From a bacterium (lineage in GTDB: Bacteria; Patescibacteriota; Minisyncoccia; Phycocordibacterales; UBA2100): a stretch of DNA of 64,000 nt. The stretch's first letter is position 1. Each line of letters starts with the position of its first letter. Under the pieces are notes generated by a model. The model had not been told where the DNA came from. It ran no database searches and saw nothing but the letters and a program-made list of their open reading frames with translations. The stretch lies in the NCBI GenBank assembly GCA_030647655.1, contig JAUSJH010000002.1, positions 43,711 through 107,710 on the forward strand, read 5' to 3'. This document shows, in pieces, positions 9,020 to 18,656 of this stretch. The position numbers and the translations under genes are program-made.

Positions 9020-10516
9020 TTATTGCATAGAGCTTGTGAATGCCTCTATGACGTCGCCTTCGGCTATCTCGCACTCGCAAGCAACCTGTGCCCCGAATTC
9101 GCGGCCCTCCTCGATTCTGTCTACATCTTGTTTGTTAGCTTGGACATTCTTCAACTTTCCTGTCCCAACGAGCTCGTTGCGTCTCATGATGCGGACTGTG
9201 GCACCTCGCGAGAGAAATCCGTCGACGACTTTGCCACCGACGACCTGCGCATCTTTGCGGCTTGAGAAATGTTTCAGGATGCGGGCGCGCCCCGTGGTAT
9301 TTTCGACGAGTCTCTTGGGCGCACGCTCTCCCAAAAGTTCCTCGAGACGCTCGGTGAGTTTGTAAATGATGGTAAAAGTCTCGATTTTGATACCGTGCTG
9401 AAGCGCGAGCGCAAAGGCCGGCGCGTCGATTACTACGTTGAACCCGACGACCACCGATCCATTACTTGCGATTGCGGCCTTCACGTCATTTTCCGACACA
9501 GCGCCGATGCCCGATTGTACGATGCTCACACGCGCATGTTCATCTCCCAGCTTCTCGGTCTCTTGTGCGATAGCTTCGAGTGAGCCGGAGACGTCTGCGC
9601 GCACTATTACAGGCATGGTAAATGGACCCACTTCTCCTTCGGCAAGTAGATGAGGGGCCGCGTGCGTGCTTCCGGCAGGCGCTTCCGCAGGGCGGGCGTC
9701 TTCAGCCTCGTGCTTTGTCTCATACGCGTAAAATTCTTCACCAACATTCGGTAGCTCGTCGAATCCTATGAGCTGTACTGGCGAGGAGAAGCTCGCTTCT
9801 TCAAGGGCCACTCCCGAATAATCTTCCATAATACGCACAGGAGCGATAGCGCGCCCCGCACGTACCGACATGCCGGAGTGCAGAGTTCCGTTCTTTACGA
9901 TGAGTGTCGCGGCGAGTCCGCGCTTTTGGTCTCGATGAGACTCAATGACATAGCCTTGCGCCGCGGCGCTTGGGTCTCCGGTGAATCCCTCCATCTCCGC
10001 TACCAAGAGGATGAGGTCCAAAAGCTCTTCGACACCGGTCCCCACCTTGGCCGAAACGGCGGCCCACGGCACGTCGCCGCCGAATTTTTCGAGGTACACA
10101 TTCTGCTCCAAAAGCATCCTCTGTGTGCGCGCGATATCCGCTGTCGGCTTGTCTATCTTGTTGAGGGCGACGATGAAAGGGGTGTTTGTATCGCGGATGC
10201 TTTTCAGAGCTTCGAGCGTCTGCGCTTTCACCCCATCGTCCGCGGCAACGACGAGTATGGCGATGTCGGCGGCCGAGGCACCGCGTGCGCGTATCGCGGA
10301 GAATGCTGCGTGTCCGGGAGTATCAATAAAAGTGATGCGCTTGTTTTTGTGCACTACTTCGTACGCCGCGACGTGCTGTGTGATGCCGCCCGCTTCAGTG
10401 GCGACCACGTTTGATTTGCGGATGAAATCGAGGAGCGTGGATTTACCGTGATCAACGTGTCCCAAAACTGCCACAATAGGCGGACGCTCTGTTGAATTGT
10501 TCGGTTTTGGGGTCAT
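9020..10516 (-). CDS. infB: translation initiation factor IF-2 (N-terminally short form)
   Basis: G domain AVLGHVDHGKSTLLD...DTPGH...NKID, followed by the IF-2 domain II/C-terminal beta-barrel. Only 498 aa, so it lacks the long N-terminal region. Confidence 0.95.
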   Translation of the reverse strand: MTPKPNNSTERPPIVAVLGHVDHGKSTLLDFIRKSNVVATEAGGITQHVAAYEVVHKNKRITFIDTPGHAAFSAIRARGASAADIAILVVAADDGVKAQTLEALKSIRDTNTPFIVALNKIDKPTADIARTQRMLLEQNVYLEKFGGDVPWAAVSAKVGTGVEELLDLILLVAEMEGFTGDPSAAAQGYVIESHRDQKRGLAATLIVKNGTLHSGMSVRAGRAIAPVRIMEDYSGVALEEASFSSPVQLIGFDELPNVGEEFYAYETKHEAEDARPAEAPAGSTHAAPHLLAEGEVGPFTMPVIVRADVSGSLEAIAQETEKLGDEHARVSIVQSGIGAVSENDVKAAIASNGSVVVGFNVVIDAPAFALALQHGIKIETFTIIYKLTERLEELLGERAPKRLVENTTGRARILKHFSSRKDAQVVGGKVVDGFLSRGATVRIMRRNELVGTGKLKNVQANKQDVDRIEEGREFGAQVACECEIAEGDVIEAFTSSMQ

Positions 10517-10601
10517 ACTGGTTCATATAAATCGTGCCACCCGCCACCGCCTTGGCTTCGGCGGGCAACGGTAGGGCAATTTTCCGCAGTATACTCCTTC
10601 C

Positions 10602-11789
10602 ATGTGGGGATTCAAGAAACGTATTTACCTCGATTATGCGAGTGCCACACCCGTTCTTCCGAAGGCCGCGTCCTCTATGGAGGACGCGGCCTCGGCTTTC
10701 GCAAATCCCGGCGGGCTTCACGCGGAATCTGTAGTAGCCAAACGAGTACTTGAACATTCGCGAGATAAGATAGCGGCACATCTAGGATGCAAAGCGCGAG
10801 AGCTCATTTTTACTTCAGGACTCACGGAAGCGAACAATCTGGGAATAGTCGGCGCCGCGCGCGCTCTCGAGCGCACGCGGCGCACGCTCAAAGGAACGGA
10901 TTGGATTGTCAGCTCTATCGAGCATTCGTCCGTGCTCGAATGTTTTGCCGAAGTCGAGCGCATGGGCGGCAAGGTGACGCATGTGGAACCGGAGCCAAGT
11001 GGAATTATTCCTGCCGAGAAAATCGCGGCTCTGTTGCGGCCCGAGACGGTGTTCGTGTCAGTAGGATGGGGGAACAACGAAATTGGCACTATCCAGCCAC
11101 TTTCCACTATCGCACGCATTCTGCGCGAGCACGAAAGAAAACACCTCTCGACAAGCTCGGGGCAAGCGCGACATATTATTTTTCACAGCGACGCAGGACA
11201 GGCCCCGCTATATCGTTCGCCGCAGGTCCATACGCTCGGCGTTGATATCCTCGCGCTCGGAAGCGGCAAACTCTACGGGCCGCGCGGTATCGGTGCTTTA
11301 TACATTTCCAACAAAGTATCTCTTTTGCCGGTTATGTTTGGCGGAGGACAGGAGCGGGGCTTGCGAAGTGGCACAGAAGATGTGGCGCTCGCGGCAGGAT
11401 TCGCCGAAGCACTCGATATCATTACCCGCGAGCGCGAAAGCGAGTCGAAGCGATTGCAGAAACTGCGCGACGATTTCGCGCGTAAAATTGTTGCACACGT
11501 CCCCGACGTCGTCATCAATGGCGATCTGCGTCACGCACTTCCGCACATGCTCAATGTCTCGATACCGGGCGATAAAACAGGCGAGTATCTTGCATTACAA
11601 CTTGACCACGCAGGTATCGCACTTTCGACCAAAAGCGCCTGCAACGAAGGGCAGCAATCCTCGCACGTTGTCGAAGCGTTGGGAGTGGAGGGGTGGCGCG
11701 CAAAAAACACCCTCCGTTTCTCTCTCGGCCGCGAAACTACCGCGCGCGATATCGCTCGCACGTTGAAGGCACTCATACAACTCTCATGA
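10602..11789 (+). CDS. cysteine desulfurase (NifS/IscS family, class V aminotransferase)
   Basis: N-terminal IYLDYASATP, the PLP-lysine region HSDAGQ...ALGSGKLYGPRGIGALY, and the C-terminal active-site Cys loop STKSAC. Confidence 0.9.
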   Translation: MWGFKKRIYLDYASATPVLPKAASSMEDAASAFANPGGLHAESVVAKRVLEHSRDKIAAHLGCKARELIFTSGLTEANNLGIVGAARALERTRRTLKGTDWIVSSIEHSSVLECFAEVERMGGKVTHVEPEPSGIIPAEKIAALLRPETVFVSVGWGNNEIGTIQPLSTIARILREHERKHLSTSSGQARHIIFHSDAGQAPLYRSPQVHTLGVDILALGSGKLYGPRGIGALYISNKVSLLPVMFGGGQERGLRSGTEDVALAAGFAEALDIITRERESESKRLQKLRDDFARKIVAHVPDVVINGDLRHALPHMLNVSIPGDKTGEYLALQLDHAGIALSTKSACNEGQQSSHVVEALGVEGWRAKNTLRFSLGRETTARDIARTLKALIQLS

Positions 11790-11798
11790 GCTTGCTTT

Positions 11799-12638
11799 TT
11801 GGAGGTTTCGTACTATAAAGATGGCATGGACATGGAACAACTCTCAAAATCGCAAATTGTTCTTCTCACACTCCTCGTTTCTTTCGTTACCTCCATCGCT
11901 ACCGGCATCGTCACCGTCTCACTCATGGACCAGGCGCCGCCTGTAGTCGCACAAACGGTCAATCGCATTATAGAGCGCACGGTCGAGAAGGTGACGCCCG
12001 CGGGCCTCGCCGCGGCGACCGCCGTCACCCAAGAAAAGACCGTCATCGTCAAAGAAACCGACCTCATTTCGGCGGCTGTACTGCGGGCCAATCCTTCGAT
12101 TGTGCGGCTCTATACGACGAGCACCGACACCCCCGCATTCTTAGGGCTCGGGGTCGTGATGGATACATCGGGTACCATCGTGAGTGATGCGGGCGTGTTC
12201 AAAGACGGAGATGTGGCAATCGCAGAACAATCGAGCGGCTCTCGCGTGCGCGCGTCGCTTACTTCGCAAGACGCGACGTCTTCGCTAGCGTTCTTCGCTT
12301 CGGCAACATCTTCAATCGATGGGAAGCCGGTCACGTGGAGTCCGATTGCGATTGCCGGTACACACCCCACGTTGGGCACAACCGTCATCGCGCTTGCTGG
12401 TAAATCGGTTGCTCGTATTGCCGCGGGGATCGTTACTACATTGATTGCGCTTAGCGAAGGGGGGCCACAGGTCATCGATACCGACATAGGGCCCGAGGCC
12501 ATTCTTCCCGGCTCTCCTTTGATAACGACCGAAGGCAATCTTCTGGGCATACGAACCGAAGCGGCGCGCACGAGCTCGGCTTCGGGTTTTATATCGGCGA
12601 GCGTCCTCATAAAGCCCGACGAAAAGAAAGCTGAATAA
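11799..12638 (+). CDS. membrane-anchored trypsin-like (S1C/HtrA-fold) domain protein, probably catalytically inactive
   Basis: N-terminal TM anchor. The C-terminal region LPGSPLITTEGNLLGI resembles the GNSGGPL substrate-binding strand of HtrA-type proteases, but no catalytic His/Ser context is present. Confidence 0.35.
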   Translation: MEVSYYKDGMDMEQLSKSQIVLLTLLVSFVTSIATGIVTVSLMDQAPPVVAQTVNRIIERTVEKVTPAGLAAATAVTQEKTVIVKETDLISAAVLRANPSIVRLYTTSTDTPAFLGLGVVMDTSGTIVSDAGVFKDGDVAIAEQSSGSRVRASLTSQDATSSLAFFASATSSIDGKPVTWSPIAIAGTHPTLGTTVIALAGKSVARIAAGIVTTLIALSEGGPQVIDTDIGPEAILPGSPLITTEGNLLGIRTEAARTSSASGFISASVLIKPDEKKAE

Positions 12639-12725
12639 GCAGCCGGATTAGGGTATTTTTCCCCTTCATTTTTTGTACCCGATGCGCTATACTGCGCTTA
12701 GGATTATGCACATCAAATAGTACGT

Positions 12726-15431
12726 ATGGCACCATTCAATAATTACACAACCAAGGCGAAGGAAGCTATCCATCGCTCGCACCAGCTCGCGGTCGAGCGT
12801 GGCCACAATCAGGTATCCACGCTGCACCTTTTTGCCGCACTTTTGATGCAGGAAGAGACGATGGTTGTCCCCATGCTCGAGCAGATCGAGACAGATGTCG
12901 CGCACCTTTCCGATTCGATATTGGAATTGATCGAAGGCACGAGCGGGAACACCGCAGTATCTCCTTCCTTCCAGCTCTATCTCACGCCGGAATTGGTGCG
13001 AGTATTCGAAGCGGCGCCACGCATCGCGGCAAGTTTCAACGACCAGTTCGTCTCGCCCGAGCACCTTTTGCTCGGAATCGCAGAACACCCTGGACCTGCG
13101 TCCGATATCCTTAGCCGTTTCCGGATCGATCGCACCGCACTCGCGCGTGTGCTGACCGATATCAAAGAAGGAAAAATACGAGATACCGACACACCAGCAA
13201 AGCCCCGTGCGCTCGCGCGCTTCGCGCGCTCGCTCACTGACCGCGCGCGCGAGAACAAGCTCGATCCGGTCATCGGTCGCGACGCCGAGATTACGCGCGT
13301 CATTCAGATACTCTCCCGCCGCACCAAGAATAATCCCGTCCTCATCGGCGAAGCCGGCGTGGGCAAGACTGCGGTTGCCGAGGGGCTCGCACAGCGTATC
13401 GCCTCGAGCGACGTTCCGGAGTCACTCCGCGGCAAAGAGCTCATCCAACTTGATCTGGGGCTCCTAATCGCCGGCACGAAATACCGCGGGGAATTTGAAG
13501 AGCGTCTCAAGGCAGTCATGAAAGAAGTTGAGCGTTCGGAAGGCAAGATAATTCTTTTCATAGATGAAATGCATACGCTCGTGGGCGCCGGCGCCGCCGA
13601 AGGCTCGATGGATGCCTCCAATATGTTGAAGCCGGCGCTCGCGCGAGGGGACATCCGCGTCATCGGCGCGACTACACTCAAGGAATATCAAAAGCACATC
13701 GAGCACGACGCCGCGCTCACTCGCCGCTTCCAGCCGGTGTACGTCAACGAGCCTTCTATTGAGGACGCCATCGCCATCCTGCGAGGTCTCAAAGAGCGCT
13801 ATGAGCTCTACCACGGGGTGCATATTACCGATGACGCGATGATTTCTGCGGTCCAGCTTTCCGCGCGTTACATCACCGAGCGTTTTTTGCCGGACAAAGC
13901 CATCGACCTCATCGACGAAGCCTCTTCGGCACTGCGTCTCTCGCTCGAGAACAAACCACCGGCGCTCGAGGAAGCGCATCGTAAGGTAACGCGTCTCGAG
14001 ATAGAGCGCGAAGCTCTGAAAAAAGAATCAGAAGCTGGTGAAGGCAAGGCGCGCACGCGCGTGAAATCGATAGACAAGGAAATCGCAGACCTCCGCGATG
14101 GGACCCGTGAGCTCGAAATGAAGTGGAAGAATGAAAAAGAAACACTTACCGAGATCAGGCGCGCGAAAGGCGAGCTGGAATCGGCACGCATCGAATCTGA
14201 CGCGGCCGAGGCGATAGCGGATTTCACAAAGACCGCTGAGTTGCGCTACGGCAAAATACCGCTTTTGGAAAAGGAAATCGAAACGGCCACGAAGCGCCTA
14301 AAGAAATTACAGCAGACGCGTCGTGTACTCAAGGAGGAAATCACAGAAGAAGACATCGCCGGTGTAGTCTCACGATGGACGGGCGTACCAGTCTCGCGCA
14401 TGCTAGAGGAAGAGGCGGAAAAGCTCTCACGTATGGAGGAGGAGCTCAAAAAGCGGATTGTGGGGCAGGATGAGGCGGTCTCCAAAATCTCCGACGCTAT
14501 TAAGAGAAGCCGTGCTGGCATAAGTGATCCCAATCGTCCGGTCGGCTCCTTTCTCTTCCTAGGGCCCACGGGCGTAGGCAAGACAGAATTGACACGCGCA
14601 CTTGCAGAATTCCTCTTCAACAGCGAGAAGGCGCTCATACGCGTCGACATGTCGGAATACATGGAGAAGCACTCTGTGTCAAAGATGATAGGCTCGCCAC
14701 CAGGATACGTGGGATATGACGAGGGGGGCGGCCTCACGGAGCTCGTACGACACCGGCCGTACTCGGTCATCCTTTTCGATGAGATAGAAAAGGCGCATCC
14801 GGAAGTATTTAATATCCTCCTGCAGGTCCTCGACAACGGCCGTCTCACCGACGCCAAAGGTCGCGTCATCAATTTCAAAAACACAGTCGTCATCATGACC
14901 TCCAACATCGGCTCGGAACACATCGACAAGATGTCGGGTCTCGGATTCGGGAGCGGCTTGAGCAAGACCGAAGGCGAGCGTTATGAGCAGGTCAAGGAGA
15001 AGGTCATGAGCTCTCTCAAAGAGTTTTTCCGCCCAGAATTCTTGAACCGCTTGGATGAGATAATTCTCTTCAACATCCTTTCGACGGATGCCATCAAAGA
15101 TATCGTGCGGATGCAGATAAGTATCGTAGCGAAGCGTTTGGAGGAAAAACAGATAAAACTCTCGCTCACCGACGCGGCACTTGCTCACCTCGCCAAAGAA
15201 GGCTACAGCCCGCAATACGGTGCGCGGCCTCTCAAGCGCCTCATTCAGACCAAAATACTCACTCCTATCGCCAACATGATGGTCGCGCGCGGGGTGATGG
15301 AGGGCGGGTCTGTGGCGGTGGATTTCGACGCGGAAGGCGGTGCGGACAAAAAAGGCGACTTCAAATTCGACGTACGCAAAGGGCCGGAGCGGCACCGCAG
15401 CGCTCGCGTGCGAGCCGCAGTAAGGGCTTAA
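12726..15431 (+). CDS. clpB: ATP-dependent chaperone ClpB
   Basis: 901 aa. Clp N-domain, two AAA+ modules (Walker A GEAGVGKT and GPTGVGKT) and the long coiled-coil middle domain specific to ClpB. Confidence 0.95.
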   Translation: MAPFNNYTTKAKEAIHRSHQLAVERGHNQVSTLHLFAALLMQEETMVVPMLEQIETDVAHLSDSILELIEGTSGNTAVSPSFQLYLTPELVRVFEAAPRIAASFNDQFVSPEHLLLGIAEHPGPASDILSRFRIDRTALARVLTDIKEGKIRDTDTPAKPRALARFARSLTDRARENKLDPVIGRDAEITRVIQILSRRTKNNPVLIGEAGVGKTAVAEGLAQRIASSDVPESLRGKELIQLDLGLLIAGTKYRGEFEERLKAVMKEVERSEGKIILFIDEMHTLVGAGAAEGSMDASNMLKPALARGDIRVIGATTLKEYQKHIEHDAALTRRFQPVYVNEPSIEDAIAILRGLKERYELYHGVHITDDAMISAVQLSARYITERFLPDKAIDLIDEASSALRLSLENKPPALEEAHRKVTRLEIEREALKKESEAGEGKARTRVKSIDKEIADLRDGTRELEMKWKNEKETLTEIRRAKGELESARIESDAAEAIADFTKTAELRYGKIPLLEKEIETATKRLKKLQQTRRVLKEEITEEDIAGVVSRWTGVPVSRMLEEEAEKLSRMEEELKKRIVGQDEAVSKISDAIKRSRAGISDPNRPVGSFLFLGPTGVGKTELTRALAEFLFNSEKALIRVDMSEYMEKHSVSKMIGSPPGYVGYDEGGGLTELVRHRPYSVILFDEIEKAHPEVFNILLQVLDNGRLTDAKGRVINFKNTVVIMTSNIGSEHIDKMSGLGFGSGLSKTEGERYEQVKEKVMSSLKEFFRPEFLNRLDEIILFNILSTDAIKDIVRMQISIVAKRLEEKQIKLSLTDAALAHLAKEGYSPQYGARPLKRLIQTKILTPIANMMVARGVMEGGSVAVDFDAEGGADKKGDFKFDVRKGPERHRSARVRAAVRA

Positions 15432-15457
15432 ATCTTCTGCGCAATGAGCAAGATGAT

Positions 15458-16507
15458 CTAGTTATCTCGGTTTGCTGTTTGGTTAATTCTGAAAGAGCTT
15501 AAGATTGATTGAACGTCTGCGTCGTACCGCATAGAACCCTTTGGCACATCAGCTGTTAGTCTCCAAAAGAAATAAGCGGAATCTGATGTCTGCCTGCTCC
15601 ACGCACGGTCGTAAATGTAATAAACATACCTCTTCGGCCCATCTAGTTCCGTATAGACAACACGCGCCTCATTGACACTTGAAGGACCTGTCATTTCTAC
15701 CGTTTCGACCGTGAGATTGTTCTCAGTGCCGTACGTTGCCGCTTCATCACTCGCCATTTTTAGGAAGGCATCTTGGTTGAATAGTGCAGTAGGTGCAATG
15801 CTCCATGGTTGCCATCGCTCAATCTGAACCGTTACGTTTGAATCATCTCTTGGATTCAACGTCACGTTGCCGTATTGAAGGGGCGGCTGGTCGTACATCC
15901 AATCTTTCGGAAACTCGAAAGTGTATTTATCCAGTGGCTCGTAGTATTCAATGAGGGTGCCCTTCTCAGTTAACGTCACTTCGTTTCTGGTGTGATTCCA
16001 AAAATGGACTGGTGGAAGGAGAAAACCAGCAAGCGTCAAAATGAATATTGCCACCAAAGCCCACATAACCCATTTGGACCGCGGCAGTTTTTCGTTGTTC
16101 TTTTGCCAGTCATAGGTCTTGAAGACCACTAGAGCGATTTGCAGTGCAACGACAGCCAGAATCAGTCCCATGGCAGGTGGAGTAACGTTACCTGTATAAG
16201 AAACCTTCATCATCCATGTTGAGATGAGTCCATATGCAGCGACGATTAAGAGTAAGACTGCGATAATACGAGAATTGAAAAAATACAGAATCACCGCGAA
16301 GATGAGAAGTAATAGACCGTCAAAATTCGGCCATGTGAGTATGGGAACAGAGAGCGCATTACTGCTTACACTTATCCACCAAAAAAATAAAAGTCCTGCT
16401 GCTTGAATCCCAGTCACAACGCATAGGCCGAGTAACGCAGACCTCTTCGCCTTAACAGTCTCTTCGGCAGACTTGTAAGGTTCTCCAAGCAGAAATATTG
16501 AAGCCAT
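15458..16507 (-). CDS. hypothetical membrane protein with large extracytoplasmic domain
   Basis: 349 aa with 4-5 N-terminal TM helices, then a Trp/Tyr-rich soluble domain. Lower GC than the flanks. Confidence 0.5.
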   Translation of the reverse strand: MASIFLLGEPYKSAEETVKAKRSALLGLCVVTGIQAAGLLFFWWISVSSNALSVPILTWPNFDGLLLLIFAVILYFFNSRIIAVLLLIVAAYGLISTWMMKVSYTGNVTPPAMGLILAVVALQIALVVFKTYDWQKNNEKLPRSKWVMWALVAIFILTLAGFLLPPVHFWNHTRNEVTLTEKGTLIEYYEPLDKYTFEFPKDWMYDQPPLQYGNVTLNPRDDSNVTVQIERWQPWSIAPTALFNQDAFLKMASDEAATYGTENNLTVETVEMTGPSSVNEARVVYTELDGPKRYVYYIYDRAWSRQTSDSAYFFWRLTADVPKGSMRYDADVQSILSSFRINQTANRDN

Positions 16508-16563
16508 AAGATTTCTTCATAATCCTAACACCTAATCACGCGGTTATTAATTCAGCTCAATTT

Positions 16564-16646
16564 TGCGTCGGGAGGGATTCGAACCCCCGAAGACCGAAGT
16601 CGCGTGGTCTACAGCCACGTGCATTTGACCACTCTGCCACCGACGC
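16564..16646 (-). tRNA. tRNA-Tyr (anticodon GTA)
   Basis: The reverse complement reads GCGTCGGTGGCAGAGTGG...CGTGG-CTGTAGA-CCACG, a long variable arm, T-arm GGGGGTTCGAATCCCTC, and acceptor CCGACGC. Confidence 0.8.
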
Positions 16647-16692
16647 AACAGCGTACAGTATGCCGTATTTTCCTGCATGCTACAATATTTGC

Positions 16693-17133
16693 ATGACCCG
16701 CAGGCAGGTGGTTCGATTGGCCGTACTCTTCCTCCTAGTCTTTATAGTGGCGCCCTCGCTTGTGCTTGCGCAGGGCAATATTTTGCCCGGCCAAATCGTG
16801 CCCCAACAGTGCAACGACCCCGGTGGCTGTAAATCAATATGCGACTTGGCACAGGTCGCGCAGAATGTTCTCAATACCGGCATCTACATCGCTGTTTTTC
16901 TCTCCGCAGTCCTTTTCGCGTGGGCAGGATTCTTATATCTCACGAATTCCGCGAATTCAAGCGGCATATCGAAGGCCAAGGAAGTATTCCTCAACGTGGG
17001 GATTGGACTCGTCATCATCCTTGCCGGCTGGCTTCTCGTAGACACGCTCATCAAGGTCCTTGCGGGAGGGAAGTTCGGCACATGGAATAAAGTGTGCGAG
17101 CTTCTTCTGCATCACGTATCGGCTTTCGTATAA
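16693..17133 (+). CDS. TrbC/VirB2-like pilin family small membrane protein (paralog F, Cys-containing)
   Basis: Signal peptide RLAVLFLLVFIVAPSLVLAQG, a Cys-rich loop (QQCNDPGGCKSICD), then two TM helices with loop NSANSSGISKAKE. Start moved to the internal Met to avoid tRNA-Tyr. Confidence 0.5.
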   Translation: MTRRQVVRLAVLFLLVFIVAPSLVLAQGNILPGQIVPQQCNDPGGCKSICDLAQVAQNVLNTGIYIAVFLSAVLFAWAGFLYLTNSANSSGISKAKEVFLNVGIGLVIILAGWLLVDTLIKVLAGGKFGTWNKVCELLLHHVSAFV

Positions 17134-17174
17134 AAGGTTGCGAAATACAAGGCTTTCGGCTATAGTCTCGCGGT

Positions 17175-17333
17175 ATGTCACAGAATCAACTCATAAAAAT
17201 CGCCTGCTCGAAGTGCGACCGCACCAATTATTGGTCGCGCAAGAACAAGAAGCTCGTTACCCGCAAGATCGAATTGAAGAAATATTGCAAGTGGTGCCGC
17301 AAACACACACCGCACAAAGAGGCTAAGAAGTAG
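17175..17333 (+). CDS. rpmG: 50S ribosomal protein L33
   Basis: 52 aa (MSQNQLIKIACSKCDRTNYWSRKNKKLVTRKIELKKYCKWCRKHTPHKEAKK) with the two CxxC zinc-ribbon pairs of L33. Below the ORF-track size cutoff. Confidence 0.8.
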   Translation: MSQNQLIKIACSKCDRTNYWSRKNKKLVTRKIELKKYCKWCRKHTPHKEAKK

Positions 17334-17350
17334 CGCGTACGAACGAAATC

Positions 17351-17377
17351 AAAGAGCCTGCGCATAGCAGGCTCTTT
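17351..17377 (+). terminator. stem-loop terminator downstream of rpmG
   Basis: Arms AAAGAGCCTGC and GCAGGCTCTTT around the loop GCATA, with a T-rich 3' arm. Confidence 0.6.
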
Positions 17378-17424
17378 TGACGTATACCTTGATATGATGT
17401 ATGTAACCACTAACGAAGGTTCAT

Positions 17425-18093
17425 ATGTTGCCCAAAAAACCAGAAAAGAAGAAAGCGATTCGTTTGCGTGAGCAAGGTCGTTCTCTGAACGAAATCGCAA
17501 GGCAACTTAAAGTCTCAAAGGCATCTGTCTCTATTTGGGTACGGGACACAGTTTTGTCGAAACGTGCGCAGGAAAGAATTGAAAGGAAGAAGCTCGAGGC
17601 GCGCATGAAGGCCGCGAAGACTAATCGCGAACGGACAGAGCGCCTTCTACAGAACGCCGCCGCGAATGCTGATGCCGCGGTATCTAGCCTCAAACTTGAT
17701 GTCGAACTTATGCAAGTAATGTGCGCACTTATTTACTGGTGCGAGGGAGAGAAGGCGAAAAATGATAAAACGCTGACGTTCGCGAATTCCGACCCACGTC
17801 TTGTGACGACATTCCTGTTCCTATTACGCAAAAGCTTCGAGTTAGATGAGGGAAAACTCAGAGTCTGCCTACACTTACACGACTATCACAAAGAAAAGGT
17901 TCAGGTGCAGTTTTGGTCGCGGGTAACGAGGATACCGCCCACTCAGTTTCTAAAAACTTACCACAAGCAACACACGGGAAAACGTACGCGAGAAGGATAT
18001 GCAGGATGCGCGAGTATACGGTATTATGACACTCGGATTGCTCGGCAACTGCAAGCGCTCGCCCGGGCATTCCTAAAGAAAACGGGTCCATAG
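17425..18093 (+). CDS. HTH-domain protein with single-motif LAGLIDADG-like (homing endonuclease-like) domain
   Basis: N-terminal HTH (RSLNEIARQLKVSKASVSIWV). Central ALIYWCEGEK followed by LTFANSDP...LLRKSF...GK, which matches the LAGLIDADG motif and the downstream scaffold of I-CreI-like enzymes. The stop codon overlaps the first 10 nt of tRNA-Trp. Confidence 0.45.
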   Translation: MLPKKPEKKKAIRLREQGRSLNEIARQLKVSKASVSIWVRDTVLSKRAQERIERKKLEARMKAAKTNRERTERLLQNAAANADAAVSSLKLDVELMQVMCALIYWCEGEKAKNDKTLTFANSDPRLVTTFLFLLRKSFELDEGKLRVCLHLHDYHKEKVQVQFWSRVTRIPPTQFLKTYHKQHTGKRTREGYAGCASIRYYDTRIARQLQALARAFLKKTGP

Positions 18094-18157
18094 TTCAATG
18101 GTAGAATATCTCTCTCCAAAAGAGCAGACCTAGGTTCGATTCCTAGTGGGCCCGCCA
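18084..18157 (+). tRNA. tRNA-Trp (anticodon CCA), CCA end encoded
   Basis: GGGTCCATAGTTCAATGGTAGAAT; anticodon loop CTCCAAA; T-arm CTAGGTTCGATTCCTAG; acceptor TGGGCCC-G-CCA. Confidence 0.75.
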
Positions 18158-18167
18158 ACAAAGCGAT

Positions 18168-18656
18168 ATGCAAGAAACGCCTAATGAATTCGGAGATATC
18201 TCAGTAATTCCGGATGTCTCTTCAGGTGATTCCAGATTTGCAGAATATTGGAATATAGTCTTATCAGAGTTTCGCGGCAAGATTCCATGGGTCGAAGAGG
18301 TAGACATCTCACAAGTGAGCGCCCACCTTGTAGTAGAAAATCAGAAAGTCATTGGAGGTCTGGCGCTATTTAAACAGTCTCCTGAAAGTAAACCGCTTAT
18401 TGAGGACAAAGAAGCTAAATTTGGGAAAGGTGGCTTATATGTCAGTTGCTTCGTAATGGATAAAGAACATAAAGGGAAAATCACGCAAACAATTTTTAAC
18501 ACAACCTTGAACTCGATATTGCACGCACATGGACCAATATGGTTCGTAGCTGATTCGAAGATGGCACCGTACTATGAGAGATTCGGTGCAAAGCATACCG
18601 CAACAATAAACAACCTAGAAATTTACTCCATACGGGACAAGGAAATTACTTCTTAA
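18168..18656 (+). CDS. GNAT-fold acetyltransferase-like protein (tentative)
   Basis: 162 aa with lower GC. VIGGLAL...GGLYVSCFVMDKEHKGKKIT resembles the GNAT beta4/motif A. Weak similarity only. Confidence 0.35.
   Translation: MQETPNEFGDISVIPDVSSGDSRFAEYWNIVLSEFRGKIPWVEEVDISQVSAHLVVENQKVIGGLALFKQSPESKPLIEDKEAKFGKGGLYVSCFVMDKEHKGKITQTIFNTTLNSILHAHGPIWFVADSKMAPYYERFGAKHTATINNLEIYSIRDKEITS

Noticed and set aside
8739-9365. 208-aa plus-strand ORF
   Set aside because: It is antisense to rbfA and infB. It has a Ser/Arg/Thr/Cys-rich low-complexity translation typical of a GC-rich antisense frame.
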